Positions 18,983 to 29,640 of a stretch of DNA of 64,000 bases are shown here, piece after piece. A program made the translations under genes and the position numbers. Under the pieces are notes generated by a model. It made no database searches. It worked only from the letters and a program-made list of their open reading frames with translations, and was not told where the DNA came from. Numbering within the stretch: position 1 is the first letter of the stretch; every line of letters begins with the position of its first letter. Location of the stretch: positions 608,001-672,000 of the forward strand of contig CAWBMP010000004.1 of assembly GCA_963790025.1 (NCBI GenBank). Direction: 5' to 3'. This DNA comes from Nitrospirota bacterium. Its GTDB lineage: Bacteria; Nitrospirota; Thermodesulfovibrionia; Thermodesulfovibrionales; Dissulfurispiraceae.

Positions 18983-21586
18983 TTAATTGCCATCACACCT
19001 GTAATAAAATACCGGATTTGTTGTTGCGACAAAAGCAAATGTCACTGATGAGTTTGAAATCGATGAAACATTAGGGGGAGAGGACATGCTCTGTCCCGGA
19101 GTAATTTGGCATCCCCATATATTGTTCCATCCTTTGCTGAAGTGCAGGGTACATGCAGTAAGAGAAGAACCGTTGATATTAATACTCCCTGCCTGATCTG
19201 TGCCGGTGGCATTAGGATTGTTGCCGCACCTTGATGTAGTGGGTGCAGTAGCCTGACGGGCGGATAGAATTTCAAACGGGACCCATGTGCCAGGTGTTCC
19301 TGCCGCTATGCAAACCCATCCGATCGGCTTGCCGAGAGAGGGAGAAGTGTTCCATACGATATCGCCCCGCATCCACGCGCCAGTCGCTGGAGCGGTAGAC
19401 CCAAAAGCAGCCTGTCTGCCGAATGTTTTAAAAGTGGGCTTATTCGCTATGATTGAAGCGCCGGCAACCGTCGTTCCAGCGGCAGTGTTCAGATAAAGAG
19501 TATTTGTACTGCCGTCAATAAATTCAATACGGGCCCGCATATTGCGGCCACCATTACCTGCACCTGTTATTTCAATGCCCATGTAAGGCCAAAACTGCGA
19601 AACGTCCGAAACTGTAAGCAATGTACTCCCGCTTGTAATGCTACCGGTTGCAGTGATTGCTGTATTCCAAAGCTCGGCATTATTACCATCGTCAGTCATC
19701 TGTTTCCATCCAATGTAGTTTAAAGACCCATTGCCTGTAGCTTGAACGAATTCCCCTGCCACACCCTGCGTCGGCATTGAATTATTATGCAAGACGCGAT
19801 TTATGCGTTGCGGAGCTACTGTAGGTTGCAAGCCGACATATCTGTCCAGCATAAAGTGGCCCCGGTCCGGCGAATTGTTTGGCGAACCCCATGCCAAGAC
19901 ATACTTTTCGTTCATCCTTTCCAGCGAATAACCAGCCGGGTAATATCCGGATGGACCAATAAATATAGGCTCCCATGACCATATATTATCTCTTGATCTT
20001 ATTGTGTAGGCACCTGCTCCGCTTTGAATTTTAGGATATACCTTTGAGACCATATTTCCGATTAAATCAACGGGACTATTGGCATAGATCAAAGGGATGA
20101 GTTTATTGTATGGGATATTCGACCCAGCGGCCATATTGAAATAGATGCCCTGTATCGTTGTTTTAACTACACCCTGTTGATACAACAAAATCGGGTCGTA
20201 CCAGTTTCCATCTCCCATTGGTCCTGTTTCAATATGTGCGCCCATAATGTCTGCTCCGTGAGTAACCCAATACGCAATGCTCGGCCAGCCGTATACAACA
20301 TTAGCGCCGGCAGTCACCCCTCCTGTGTAGCCATTGAGAGTCGCTGTATTAGCTGAAAAAGAAGATACCGTATTGAGAACATTCATAAAAGGAGGTGTCG
20401 TAAAATTAAATGGATAGGAATTTCCCTGAATGAAAATAAACATCCCGTTCTGCAGATGAGAGCCGTCAGCGAAAGTGACATTATTACCGCTGACTGATGA
20501 AACCGTAGTTGACCAAATACTTTCCGTATTAGTTTGCACATAAGAAGGAAGGATGCTTCCGCCGAAAACATTGTATGAAGGCCCATCTGATCTGATAGCA
20601 ACTCTGGCAGCTATACTGCAACTGATAATATCATTGATATAATTCTGAGATTTGGAAAACCAGATTCCGGTGTAAACGCCGTTTGTAAACACTCTTGTGA
20701 ATCTGTTTACGTCACCATTGCCGTCCGCATCATATCCAACTTTAATTCCTGTTTCAAATCCGTTAATAAGAACATCCTGCACATAAAAACCGGAATTGCC
20801 GCCCCGCGCCCCTATCCCGATCGAACCGGCGGCAGTCCTTGCCGGCCCGTGAATGGTAAGATTTTTTATAGTGACGGCCCTGCCTTGACCGGTAGTAATC
20901 GCAATTGTGGCTCCCCTGTAGTATAGTTCTGTTCCACGGGTAGAGGTGGACGATGAATTATAACTGCCCCAATTCATAGCTGGCATTGCCCCCGACAGGG
21001 AACTCGGCCAGGGGAAAGTGTCCGGTCCCATCATATTTAGAGTAATGCCGGAATTATATCGCCCTTCTGGAAGGAAGACCTCTAAGCCCGCGCCGAGAGC
21101 CGCTGTTATGGCTGCCTGGATTGCAGGGCCGCTATCATGTCCTTCAGTAAAGTTTATGTCATCTCCCTTTGCTCCGAACCAGCATGCATAAACCTTATCC
21201 ACTGCCCCGCGGCCAAAAGTAACGTCCCCGGGCTTGAATCCACTGAAAATCTGCTGATTCGGCAATCCCTCGATAAGACCATTAATGGTTACAGTGCCGT
21301 TTCCGCTCTTTGTTAAAACTGCGCCTTGGAATATTCTCAATTTAATATTTGCCGGGATCGTAAGAGCAGATGAAATAGTCCACGCCCCCGGAGCAAGCAC
21401 TATGGTTGCGAAATCGCGCCCTTTCTTTTTAATGATGTTCTGGATGGTGGCAGAATTAAACTCGCCTAAAGAGGCCGCATTTATTTCTGAAGTATTATAA
21501 TTTTTATCATCAAGTACTTCAGAAAATCCGCTACCGCAAAAAAATAAATAAACGAACAGTGTAAGTATTATTTTGAACATTTGCAT
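18983..21586 (-). CDS. Secreted beta-helix (pectate_lyase_3/tailspike-like) carbohydrate-active protein
   Basis: Signal peptide, WFGAKGD...AIQAAI...VFLPEGRY beta-helix start, Gly/Thr/Asn-rich, C-terminal WMRGDIVWN...GWVC...GTPGTW. Confidence 0.65.
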   Translation of the reverse strand: MQMFKIILTLFVYLFFCGSGFSEVLDDKNYNTSEINAASLGEFNSATIQNIIKKKGRDFATIVLAPGAWTISSALTIPANIKLRIFQGAVLTKSGNGTVTINGLIEGLPNQQIFSGFKPGDVTFGRGAVDKVYACWFGAKGDDINFTEGHDSGPAIQAAITAALGAGLEVFLPEGRYNSGITLNMMGPDTFPWPSSLSGAMPAMNWGSYNSSSTSTRGTELYYRGATIAITTGQGRAVTIKNLTIHGPARTAAGSIGIGARGGNSGFYVQDVLINGFETGIKVGYDADGNGDVNRFTRVFTNGVYTGIWFSKSQNYINDIISCSIAARVAIRSDGPSYNVFGGSILPSYVQTNTESIWSTTVSSVSGNNVTFADGSHLQNGMFIFIQGNSYPFNFTTPPFMNVLNTVSSFSANTATLNGYTGGVTAGANVVYGWPSIAYWVTHGADIMGAHIETGPMGDGNWYDPILLYQQGVVKTTIQGIYFNMAAGSNIPYNKLIPLIYANSPVDLIGNMVSKVYPKIQSGAGAYTIRSRDNIWSWEPIFIGPSGYYPAGYSLERMNEKYVLAWGSPNNSPDRGHFMLDRYVGLQPTVAPQRINRVLHNNSMPTQGVAGEFVQATGNGSLNYIGWKQMTDDGNNAELWNTAITATGSITSGSTLLTVSDVSQFWPYMGIEITGAGNGGRNMRARIEFIDGSTNTLYLNTAAGTTVAGASIIANKPTFKTFGRQAAFGSTAPATGAWMRGDIVWNTSPSLGKPIGWVCIAAGTPGTWVPFEILSARQATAPTTSRCGNNPNATGTDQAGSININGSSLTACTLHFSKGWNNIWGCQITPGQSMSSPPNVSSISNSSVTFAFVATTNPVFYYRCDGN

Positions 21587-21630
21587 TTTAACAGTCCCGA
21601 TTAATGATTAACAGGTACACATACCATTTA

Positions 21631-21834
21631 TTATCGCTTATGAACTAACAGGTTGGAGTCAACGAGGGTCACTGATGCATTATCGGTAACAATGAGCAAA
21701 TCCAGGTCCGCACCGGTTCCTTCTCTGGCAACAGAGCCGAATAACACAATGGCCGCAGGATCCATCGCCTTTATGATCGATCTTGCCACCTCTTTCGCAT
21801 CCGTATATGTGGCCTTAAAACTTGTGCTGTTCAT
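21631..21834 (-). pseudogene. Truncated minimal nucleotidyltransferase (MNT) fragment
   Basis: LFGSVARE...DLDLLIV, then a stop at 67 aa. Confidence 0.7.
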
Positions 21835-22253
21835 TTCGAATTTAATTTTTCCTGTATTTTCTTCAGGAAACTTTCAATGTCCTTTCTTCCTTTTTGCAGA
21901 ACATTATAAACGACTTTATAATCTATCTTTTCATAATCATGCGCTATGATATTTCGGAAGCCTACCATTTTGACAAGTTCACCTGTCAGCTTTGCCGGAA
22001 TGATCCGCTCCTCATTCAAAATATCGAATGCTTCGCTCATTGTGGTGGGTTTCCGAAAACCTTTATATGATATCACTGCCTCCGCCAGATCAATAGTCGC
22101 TTGGACTGCGAGATAAAGATAACGCTCAACAGCTCCTTTAATGTCTATATTGCTTTCTATTTCTTCTTTTTTATAGCCGTTATATCGTTGGAGTATCTTG
22201 ATATATTTCTTTGCGGAACTTATCTTGTTTTCAATTACTTTTATACTGCTCAT
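21831..22253 (-). CDS. hepT: HEPN/DUF86 ribonuclease toxin
   Basis: GFRNIIAHDY (R-X4-H) motif, downstream of an MNT gene with overlap. Confidence 0.9.
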   Translation of the reverse strand: MSSIKVIENKISSAKKYIKILQRYNGYKKEEIESNIDIKGAVERYLYLAVQATIDLAEAVISYKGFRKPTTMSEAFDILNEERIIPAKLTGELVKMVGFRNIIAHDYEKIDYKVVYNVLQKGRKDIESFLKKIQEKLNSK

Positions 22254-22648
22254 ACCGGGGCCTTCGTTAAATTATGCCTTGACATCATTTTATGAAAATC
22301 AAAATACTCATTAAGAATTCCGGGTTCGACAATCACCTTGAAAGGCCCCTTCTCATAAATCAAGCGGCCTTCTTTGACAATCATGTATTTAAGATCGGGA
22401 TTGTCGGTTAAATTTAGAATAACTACATCTATGCTGTCAGTTTTCAGTAATCTGCTGATTTTGACAATCATATCGATTTTAATTTCGTGCATCCTCTCCT
22501 TATTCCTGGAGTCAAGGTAAAAAGCAAAATCGTAGTCGCTCAGTTTTCCATGTTCCTGCTTCGATCTCGATCCGAAAAAATATACAAGCTTTATCTCCGG
22601 ACAGGTCCTGAAAATCGTCCTCATTTTTCCTGTTTCTCTTTGAGTCAT
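22250..22648 (-). CDS. mntA: MntA-type nucleotidyltransferase antitoxin
   Basis: GS-X10-DYD motif, C-terminal EYFDF. Confidence 0.9.
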   Translation of the reverse strand: MTQRETGKMRTIFRTCPEIKLVYFFGSRSKQEHGKLSDYDFAFYLDSRNKERMHEIKIDMIVKISRLLKTDSIDVVILNLTDNPDLKYMIVKEGRLIYEKGPFKVIVEPGILNEYFDFHKMMSRHNLTKAPV

Positions 22649-22689
22649 AGTGTGACGCTGATCCTAAAGCTTTTTTGCTCGCTGCCGGT

Positions 22690-22902
22690 TCATGTCATTA
22701 CGAGAAATATTATATAGCCTAAAACTAAAGCCGCACCAATCAGTAGCACAACATGGTAAAATCTCTCTACTCCATATACCTCTTTTAGTGTCATCTTCAA
22801 CCCTTCTATGAATTGCTTTCTCTCTTCGCCCGTACGGAGGCTTACAGCTGAGAGGTCAGAAACAATTGTCCTGATCTTATGGATCTTATCTCTTATATTC
22901 AT
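22690..22902 (-). CDS. Small hypothetical membrane protein
   Basis: 70-aa ORF with a C-terminal TM segment, co-oriented with neighbours. Confidence 0.5.
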   Translation of the reverse strand: MNIRDKIHKIRTIVSDLSAVSLRTGEERKQFIEGLKMTLKEVYGVERFYHVVLLIGAALVLGYIIFLVMT

Positions 22903-22945
22903 AATTAAGGATTAAGGGATAAGGATTACGTCTTGACATATATCA

Positions 22946-23296
22946 CTATTTCTTGAGTGGTAAAAATATTACTTGATTTTTTATTTCTTCAGTATCTCCA
23001 AGTTTTGAAACAACTTCGAGATCATTAACACACGTACCTATTGGAACCTTTAAGTGATGAGCATAGATTACCCCGTAAAATGCCTCGCCAGAATGCTGCC
23101 GTTTCGCGGCTTCAAATAGTAGGTCATCATCGTGTGTAAATATCGCTCTCTTTATTTGAAGAGCCCTGTCTAATATTTCGGGGTCGGATTTGCCGGAGAA
23201 ATTGTCTTCTTGAACTGTCAATACATCAATCCCGCGCAACTTCAAACCCACGGTGATTGCTTTCGGGATGTGCTCATCCATATATAGGGAGATCAA
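22946..23296 (-). CDS. DUF5615 PIN-like toxin
   Basis: LYMDEHIP...DPEIL...FTHDDDL. Confidence 0.85.
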   Translation of the reverse strand: MISLYMDEHIPKAITVGLKLRGIDVLTVQEDNFSGKSDPEILDRALQIKRAIFTHDDDLLFEAAKRQHSGEAFYGVIYAHHLKVPIGTCVNDLEVVSKLGDTEEIKNQVIFLPLKK

Positions 23297-23611
23297 TTAG
23301 ATCAATCCATTCAATTTTAATCTTTCAATTAAAGGAGATATCCCTATTTCTTTTTCAAGTCGGATACCCTCTTCCAAACGGTTTTCGATATCCTTTTCGA
23401 GTTCAGCCTGATGGTCAGAATAATAGGCGAGAGCAGAGTATATTTGTCCAAGGCCAAGATATGGATGTTGAAAATGAAGTTCTTCTGCACTCCATCCATG
23501 GGCCAACCTCTCAACAACGAGTTCGATTACTTTCATTGTTGTTCCCGTAATAACCGGGGTGCCTTTTTCATCTAATGTTATATGCCCATAAGGTGTCTGC
23601 ACAGATGGCAT
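23297..23611 (-). CDS. DUF433 antitoxin
   Basis: GTPVITGT...YPxL-like...ALAYY, adjacent to DUF5615. Confidence 0.85.
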   Translation of the reverse strand: MPSVQTPYGHITLDEKGTPVITGTTMKVIELVVERLAHGWSAEELHFQHPYLGLGQIYSALAYYSDHQAELEKDIENRLEEGIRLEKEIGISPLIERLKLNGLI

Positions 23612-23905
23612 AATAGTTAACTCCTCTTTTCTTTGTCACAATGATAACATGTATGCAAAATAACCTCTAACCCAAGAGTTAAACCAGGATCAAGGATTAT
23701 AGTTTTTTGCATAGTGTCCCCAAGCCCGGCTAATATAATCCTATTATATCAAAAATATTATCATCTAAAGGTAATTTTTCAAAGTTATCTATCAATCTGT
23801 CCAATGTTGTACTGCTCATGCTCCAGCCTCTCTTATTCTTGCGGACACATTAATGCTTATTACAAAATTAATAATCTAAACTAGTCGCGCAGTTCCTCGC
23901 TATCT

Positions 23906-24340
23906 TTAGGCCCCCGGCTCATTGCTGTGGACAAGCTCCAATATGTGATTTGTATAAACAATCAGGTCATCAAGATGATTTTCAATCACATCCCTCATGA
24001 TTTTTATATCAATTTCTTGATACTCATTGACTATGATATTGCGGAACCCGACCATTCTTTGCAATCTGTCCGCGAGATAATCGGAGATAATCTTTGCTTT
24101 AGCCAGTATGTCAAAACTTTCCATGCTTTCCTTCGGCAGTCCGAGTTTTCTTTTTCTGATAACATGATTAGCCAGATCGATTGCCTGTTCCGCTGCCCGC
24201 TGAAGGTTGATGGCTATGGCGTCCTGCTTGAGGTGGTCCTCCTCAAAAGAAAGCTCTGACGGTGTTGCATAGTATAGGCGGATTTGCTTTATGCATCGCT
24301 CAATGCTCTCTTTTTTATTCAGGATAACATCCATTGTCAT
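23906..24340 (-). CDS. hepT: HEPN/DUF86 toxin paralogue with the catalytic His replaced by Asn
   Basis: GFRNIIVNEY, AIDLANH. Confidence 0.85.
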   Translation of the reverse strand: MTMDVILNKKESIERCIKQIRLYYATPSELSFEEDHLKQDAIAINLQRAAEQAIDLANHVIRKRKLGLPKESMESFDILAKAKIISDYLADRLQRMVGFRNIIVNEYQEIDIKIMRDVIENHLDDLIVYTNHILELVHSNEPGA

Positions 24341-24744
24341 CGCAATATTCTTCCTGTTGACAATATATCTTCCAAAATGTCCGCTCTCTCTTCGTTGAGC
24401 TTCTGATAAGAAGTCATGATATACATTTCAAAATTATCGACAGCATAGTCGTTTTGTTTATAGATAAGTCTGCCTTCCTGCATGATTTCGTGCTGAAAAA
24501 CAGTATTCATCATCCTTATGTTGATAAGGTCCACGGTCTTCTTCAACATTTTTTCAAGCGCATACCGGCATTCGCTCACACCGGAATATCTCAATAGCTT
24601 GGCCTTGTCAGGAGAAAAGAGAAGGGCAATATCCACATCACTTTCTTCGCTTTCATTAGATGTCAGATATGAGCCAAAGAGGTATATCGCCTCAACTTCA
24701 GGATAAAAACTAAGTACTTTTTTTATTATCGCTTTGCTGCCCAT
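24337..24744 (-). CDS. mntA: MntA-type nucleotidyltransferase antitoxin
   Basis: YLFGS-X10-DVD, C-terminal YQKLNEER. Confidence 0.9.
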   Translation of the reverse strand: MGSKAIIKKVLSFYPEVEAIYLFGSYLTSNESEESDVDIALLFSPDKAKLLRYSGVSECRYALEKMLKKTVDLINIRMMNTVFQHEIMQEGRLIYKQNDYAVDNFEMYIMTSYQKLNEERADILEDILSTGRILR

Positions 24745-25022
24745 GAACTTACATTATACCCGTGCTATATTGCTTTCTATTTCTTCCTTTTTATATCCTT
24801 CCATTGTCCCCAATTCTTCAGGTCACTTCGGACACGCTACCGCCATTAAGCTACCAAATCTGATAGTCTTCACGCGAAAAAATACAGGTTTTCCAATGCA
24901 TAGTCAAAAAAAAAGACAACTTAGCTTATAGAGTTATTTTATATGATCAGGCACTTTTTTTCATAGCCGGTTTATATCCTCACTCCGGCAAATGGGTGAA
25001 AGGCTAGAAGCTTCTCATGCCT

Positions 25023-25994
25023 TTAAGCAGCTATGCTTTTGAAATATTCGATCGTCTTCACAAGTCCCTGTTCCAAGGGAATGGCGGGTGCCCATCCAAG
25101 TCTTTCTTTTGCCGAACTTATATCAGGCTGTCTTTGCTTCGGATCATCAGACGGTAAAGGCGCAAAAACAATCCTGGATTTCGAATGTTGAGTTTTGAGT
25201 GCCGGAGTGACCAATTCGAGAACTTTTCGTGCGAGTTCAAGGATTGTGAACTCCACGGGATTCCCTAAATTCACCGGGCCGGTAAAATCGTCAGTGCTTC
25301 CCATGAGCTTTATGAAAGCGTCTATCATATCATCCACGTAACAGAAGCTCCTTGTCTGGCTTCCATCACCATAGATAGTGATGTCCTCTCCTCTTAAAGC
25401 TTGCATGATAAAATTGCTCACCACCCGGCCGTCGTTGGGATGCATTCTAGGGCCGTACGTGTTGAAGATCCTCGCAACTTTTATCTTTAATCTATGCTGG
25501 CGATAATAGTCAAAAAAGAGCGTTTCGGCACATCTTTTCCCTTCGTCATAGCACGATCTTAAGCCAATGGGATTTACATGCCCCCAATAATCCTCAGTCT
25601 GCGGATGGACAGTCGGGTCTCCGTACACTTCGCTTGTCGATGCCTGGAGTATCTTCGCCTTCACACGCTTGGCGAGCCCAAGCATATTAATAGCGCCATG
25701 AACACTGACCTTCGTTGTCTGAACAGGGTCAAATTGATAATGGATAGGCGATGCCGGACAGGCAAGGTTATAGATCTCATCTACCTCTACATAAAGAGGG
25801 AAAGTAATATCATGCCGTATGATCTCGAACAGCGGGCTGCTCAGGAGATGGGCGACATTTGCCCTCCGTCCAGTAAAAAAGTTGTCTGCACAAATCACCT
25901 CATGCCCCTCGCCCAGGAGTTTTTCGCAGAGGTGAGAGCCGAGAAAACCTGCACCCCCTGTAACGAGAATCCTCTTACCCGACAGGTTTTTCAT
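25023..25994 (-). CDS. UDP-glucuronate decarboxylase (UDP-xylose synthase) family
   Basis: [28 protein letters not shown]. Confidence 0.92.
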   Translation of the reverse strand: MKNLSGKRILVTGGAGFLGSHLCEKLLGEGHEVICADNFFTGRRANVAHLLSSPLFEIIRHDITFPLYVEVDEIYNLACPASPIHYQFDPVQTTKVSVHGAINMLGLAKRVKAKILQASTSEVYGDPTVHPQTEDYWGHVNPIGLRSCYDEGKRCAETLFFDYYRQHRLKIKVARIFNTYGPRMHPNDGRVVSNFIMQALRGEDITIYGDGSQTRSFCYVDDMIDAFIKLMGSTDDFTGPVNLGNPVEFTILELARKVLELVTPALKTQHSKSRIVFAPLPSDDPKQRQPDISSAKERLGWAPAIPLEQGLVKTIEYFKSIAA

Positions 25995-26910
25995 TCTTGT
26001 CCTCCGCAATACGCCGCCTTATTTGTGTTTTCAAATACTCCAAAAACATTTTGTACTGGTGAGGGAGCGTCCTTTTCCGGTGGGTCACAATATAAAAGGT
26101 CCTCTTCATGGGAAGCCCTTTGATCTCAATTTCTTTCAGTATCTTGCACTTGACTTCATCGAGGACCGCCCGACGTGAGAGTATCGATATCCCCATACCC
26201 TTCTTGACTGCCTGTTTTACGGCATCGGTCGATCCCAATATCGCTGATACTTTCAGCATGTCGGTGCTTATTCCTCTTCCCTCGAGTATCTTTTCGATCT
26301 CCTTCCTTGTTCCTGACCCTTCCTCCCTCATTACAATCGGCAAACTGATAAGGTCTTTAACGGTAATACCGCGAGTATTCATGAAAGAAGGCGCAGCTAT
26401 TACTATGAGGTCATCGTCCATTAAAGGCACATATTGGACCTGGCCGGAACCGATCTTCGCCCCTACAACACCAATAAGCAGATCATTTTGCTCTATTCTT
26501 CTGATGATGTCCCTGGAGTCAGAGACCGGTATCTCGAACAAAACAGCCGGATGATTTTTTAGGAACGACGCTACAATTTCAGGAAGAATATAGGTCCCGG
26601 GGATAGTGCTTGCCCCAATTACTATATGCCCGGTCATTTCCTTGTTGAATTGATAAAGCAGATCTGTGATGTTATCCATCTTTTCTATGATTTCAATTGC
26701 CTGATTGTTGAGCGTCTCCGCTTCCTTCGTAGGAACGATCTTCCTCGCAAGCCTGTCGAAAAGCCTGCATTTAAGTTCTGTCTCCAATGCCATCATATGG
26801 TCGCTTATAGTCGGCTGAGTCAAATGAAGTTCTTCTGCAGCTCTGGAAAAACTTCTATTTTTGAATACCGACACAAATACCCTGAGGTGGTGAATATCCA
26901 TGCCTGTCAT
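25975..26910 (-). CDS. LysR-family regulator (CysL-like/selenium-metabolism-associated type)
   Basis: [35 protein letters not shown]. Confidence 0.85.
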   Translation of the reverse strand: MTGMDIHHLRVFVSVFKNRSFSRAAEELHLTQPTISDHMMALETELKCRLFDRLARKIVPTKEAETLNNQAIEIIEKMDNITDLLYQFNKEMTGHIVIGASTIPGTYILPEIVASFLKNHPAVLFEIPVSDSRDIIRRIEQNDLLIGVVGAKIGSGQVQYVPLMDDDLIVIAAPSFMNTRGITVKDLISLPIVMREEGSGTRKEIEKILEGRGISTDMLKVSAILGSTDAVKQAVKKGMGISILSRRAVLDEVKCKILKEIEIKGLPMKRTFYIVTHRKRTLPHQYKMFLEYLKTQIRRRIAEDKNEKPVG

Positions 26911-27163
26911 TGTAGCATAATCTTTCTGCCGTATTCCTTTCCCCCAACATATTCCTTTATGAAATTCATGCCACGATATATATTCGGCCTGAGCAAAGGG
27001 TTATGGCCTTTTTTCTCAGGCAGCCGTGCTGCGTGCGTGGCCCTCCTGCTATGGCATAATGCAATTAAGCGGGAGGTGTATTATGGAAGAATATCACCGG
27101 AAATAACCGCTGGAATATGCTTTCAAGACTTCCATTAAAAATATGATAATTGTGAGTATCCAG

Positions 27164-27207
27164 AGAGAAGACCGGAAGGCGACCTGCCTTCATGTTACCT
27201 TGCCCAT
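27164..27207 (-). promoter_or_regulatory. Region containing the putative SECIS of arsS (hairpin GAAGGC-AGGTC-GCCTTC, 27175-27191)
   Basis: 6-bp stem starting 16 nt after the TGA; loop resembles the E. coli fdhF SECIS apex GCAGGUC. Confidence 0.7.
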
Positions 27208-28140
27208 TCAGGTGGACCCCTGCCCTGCCGTGCACCCGTAGCAATGGTCTCCAACCGTTATTTCCCTTGTCCCAAGGCCCAAATAATCAAAGGCTTCAAT
27301 GCGGGTTGATTTGTCATTCACAGGAAGACCGAGACACTGGTTGAAGTCGCAGTCGTAGAGGGTCCCATCCCAGCCGACACTTATCAGATGTCTGCACATC
27401 AGGCCTTCAAGGGTCAAGGGGTTAAAGGCGCCTTCCAGCGTGTCCATATATTTTTCGAGATTTTTGCCCCGGACCAAATGGTCCCTGAACCGGCCGATCG
27501 GCATGTTTGTCAATGCGTAGAGTCCACTGAAGGTTATGCCGAACCTTTTGTGCAATTCCCTTTTATAATCGTCCTCTAATGTCCCTTGAGACGGGGCCAT
27601 AAAAATCCCCGGCGGATTATACACAAGATTGAGTTTTTTATCCGATGGACCTTCGGCGTAGCCGAGGCTGTTCAATTTCCTTAGGGCCCTTATGCTCTTG
27701 TCGAAGGCACCTTTACCCCTCACCCGGTCAACTTCGCTTTCCGTGTAGTATGGAAGAGAAGCGACGATCTCAACAGCGTTCTCCGAATAAAATTCAGCCA
27801 GGCCTTCCATCCCTTCTTCAAAAAAGATTGTCAGGTTAGTGCGAACAATGACCCGATTTCCTGAAACTCTCGCTTTCCCGACGAGATATTTGAAATGGGT
27901 GTTCAACTCAGGGGCGCCGCCTGTAATATCAAGGCAGTTAATATTGTTCTCTTTCAGGACATCGATAACAGCTTCCACTGTCTCCCGGCCCATTTCCTGG
28001 GCCTTATCAGGTCCGGCAGCAACATGACAGTGCCTGCACGACATATTGCACTTGTAGCCGAGATTTACCTGAAGGATATCGACTCCCTTTGCCCTTAGGG
28101 GTTGCTGCTGGATATTTAATATTCTGTCCTGAAACTTCAT
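27190..28140 (-). CDS. arsS: ArsS-family radical SAM protein with probable C-terminal selenocysteine (TGA 27208-27210)
   Basis: CNMSCRHC, DITGGAPE, YDCDFNQ, HCYGCTAGQGST-TGA-MGKVT-stop, with a SECIS-like hairpin downstream. Start at the ATGA overlap (28140). Confidence 0.85.
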
Positions 28141-29591
28141 GCGTTCGCTCCGCATGCCCTGCCTTTTAGGTTAAAGAAAAATTTTAACGTCTTTTTTACC
28201 TTTTCTGAAAAAATCTTGCCGGAAAAAAAAGTCCCGACAACCTTCTTGTTTATCTCCCCGAGCGTCGGATAGGGATGGACCGCTCCCGCCAGCGTTGCAA
28301 GTCTTACCCCCCCATTGAGCGCTGCAACCCATTCGCTCAGCAACTCGCCGGCGTGAAGGCCCAGTATCTGTACGCCGATCGGTTTCTCTTTTTCATCGAG
28401 GAGCAGTTTGATCCTGCCGAGGCTTTCGCCCTCCGCCAGACCACGGTCATTCATTGCAAACTCCTCTGTCCAGACCCTGTAGTCTATCCCAGCCGCCTTC
28501 GCACCTGATTCGTTCATGCCGATGCTCGCCAGTTCAGGATCTGTGTAAGTACACCACGGGAGGAATGTGTAATCAGCTTTTCTGGGCAGGTGGAATATCG
28601 CGTTGCTGACGACGATGCCGCCCTCATAGCCCGCGGCATGGGTGAACTGATACTGTCCGGTGACATCTCCTGCGGCATAAATATGCGTAAGGTTTGTCCT
28701 CATGCGGTTGTCGACTTTTATGCCTTTCACGTCGAATTCGACCCCGATTCCTTCAAGCCCGATGTCACTAATGTTGGCATCCCTTCCGACGGCCACAACG
28801 AGAGTATCAGCCTTCACAGTCATGGTTTCCCCCGCTTTCTTCATGACGACTTCTTTTTCCGCTCCCAGATCCCCCACCCTGACAATTGCCGCATTGAGAT
28901 GAAACGTTACGCCTTCGGATATCATAACATCCATCACGGCATCAGCCATGTCCTTGTCTTCCCTGCTCAAGATCTGCCCGCCGCGCTGAATTACGGTCAC
29001 CTTGCTTCCCAACCTGCTGAAGGCCTGCGCCATCTCGCTTGCTATCGGCCCGCCGCCAAGAAAGATCATGGAATCCGGAAGACGGTCCAAAGAGAATATC
29101 TCTCTGTTAGTGATGTATGGGGTCGTGTCCAGGCCTTCTATCGGTGGAATAGACGGCGACGACCCGGTTGCTATGACCCATGATTTTGCAGAATAGGTCT
29201 TGTCTTTAAGCTTTATCGAATGCTCATCAGTAAACCTGGCGCTGCCGAACTCTACCTTTACGCCAAGCCCGCAGAACCTTTCTTGAGAGTCATGCTTCTG
29301 TATAGTGCCGATAACAGACTGTATCCTTGCAGCTACAGCCTTGAAATCAACAGGCTTCATATCGATGTCCGGAAGTCCGAACTTCCCGGATTCCTTAATA
29401 AGATGGAACACATGGGCTGTCTTGATGAGTGTCTTGCTCGGGACGCACCCGTAGTGAAGGCAGTCGCCGCCAAGCCTTTCTTCCTTCTCAATGAGGAGCG
29501 TCCTGGCGCCCAACTGAGCGGCGCCTGATGCGATAGTCAATCCCGCTGCTCCGCCGCCAAGTATCCCTATGTCAAAATCATAATTCGCCAT
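28137..29591 (-). CDS. Pyridine nucleotide-disulfide oxidoreductase (Lpd/MerA-like family, without the MerA C-terminal CC)
   Basis: GGGAAG, GGDCLHYGCVPSK, HPYPT. Confidence 0.9.
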   Translation of the reverse strand: MANYDFDIGILGGGAAGLTIASGAAQLGARTLLIEKEERLGGDCLHYGCVPSKTLIKTAHVFHLIKESGKFGLPDIDMKPVDFKAVAARIQSVIGTIQKHDSQERFCGLGVKVEFGSARFTDEHSIKLKDKTYSAKSWVIATGSSPSIPPIEGLDTTPYITNREIFSLDRLPDSMIFLGGGPIASEMAQAFSRLGSKVTVIQRGGQILSREDKDMADAVMDVMISEGVTFHLNAAIVRVGDLGAEKEVVMKKAGETMTVKADTLVVAVGRDANISDIGLEGIGVEFDVKGIKVDNRMRTNLTHIYAAGDVTGQYQFTHAAGYEGGIVVSNAIFHLPRKADYTFLPWCTYTDPELASIGMNESGAKAAGIDYRVWTEEFAMNDRGLAEGESLGRIKLLLDEKEKPIGVQILGLHAGELLSEWVAALNGGVRLATLAGAVHPYPTLGEINKKVVGTFFSGKIFSEKVKKTLKFFFNLKGRACGANA

Positions 29592-29640
29592 GTTATCCTC
29601 CCTAACTTCCTATCACTCATACACTCATTTATTCTTCTGC

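Noticed and set aside
23650..23820. Short ORF MSSTTLDRLIDNFEKLPLDD resembling an antitoxin stub
   Set aside because: Too short to assign; at most part of the TA debris.
28137..29591. merA call
   Set aside because: Lacks the C-terminal vicinal Cys pair and NmerA domain; no mer operon context.
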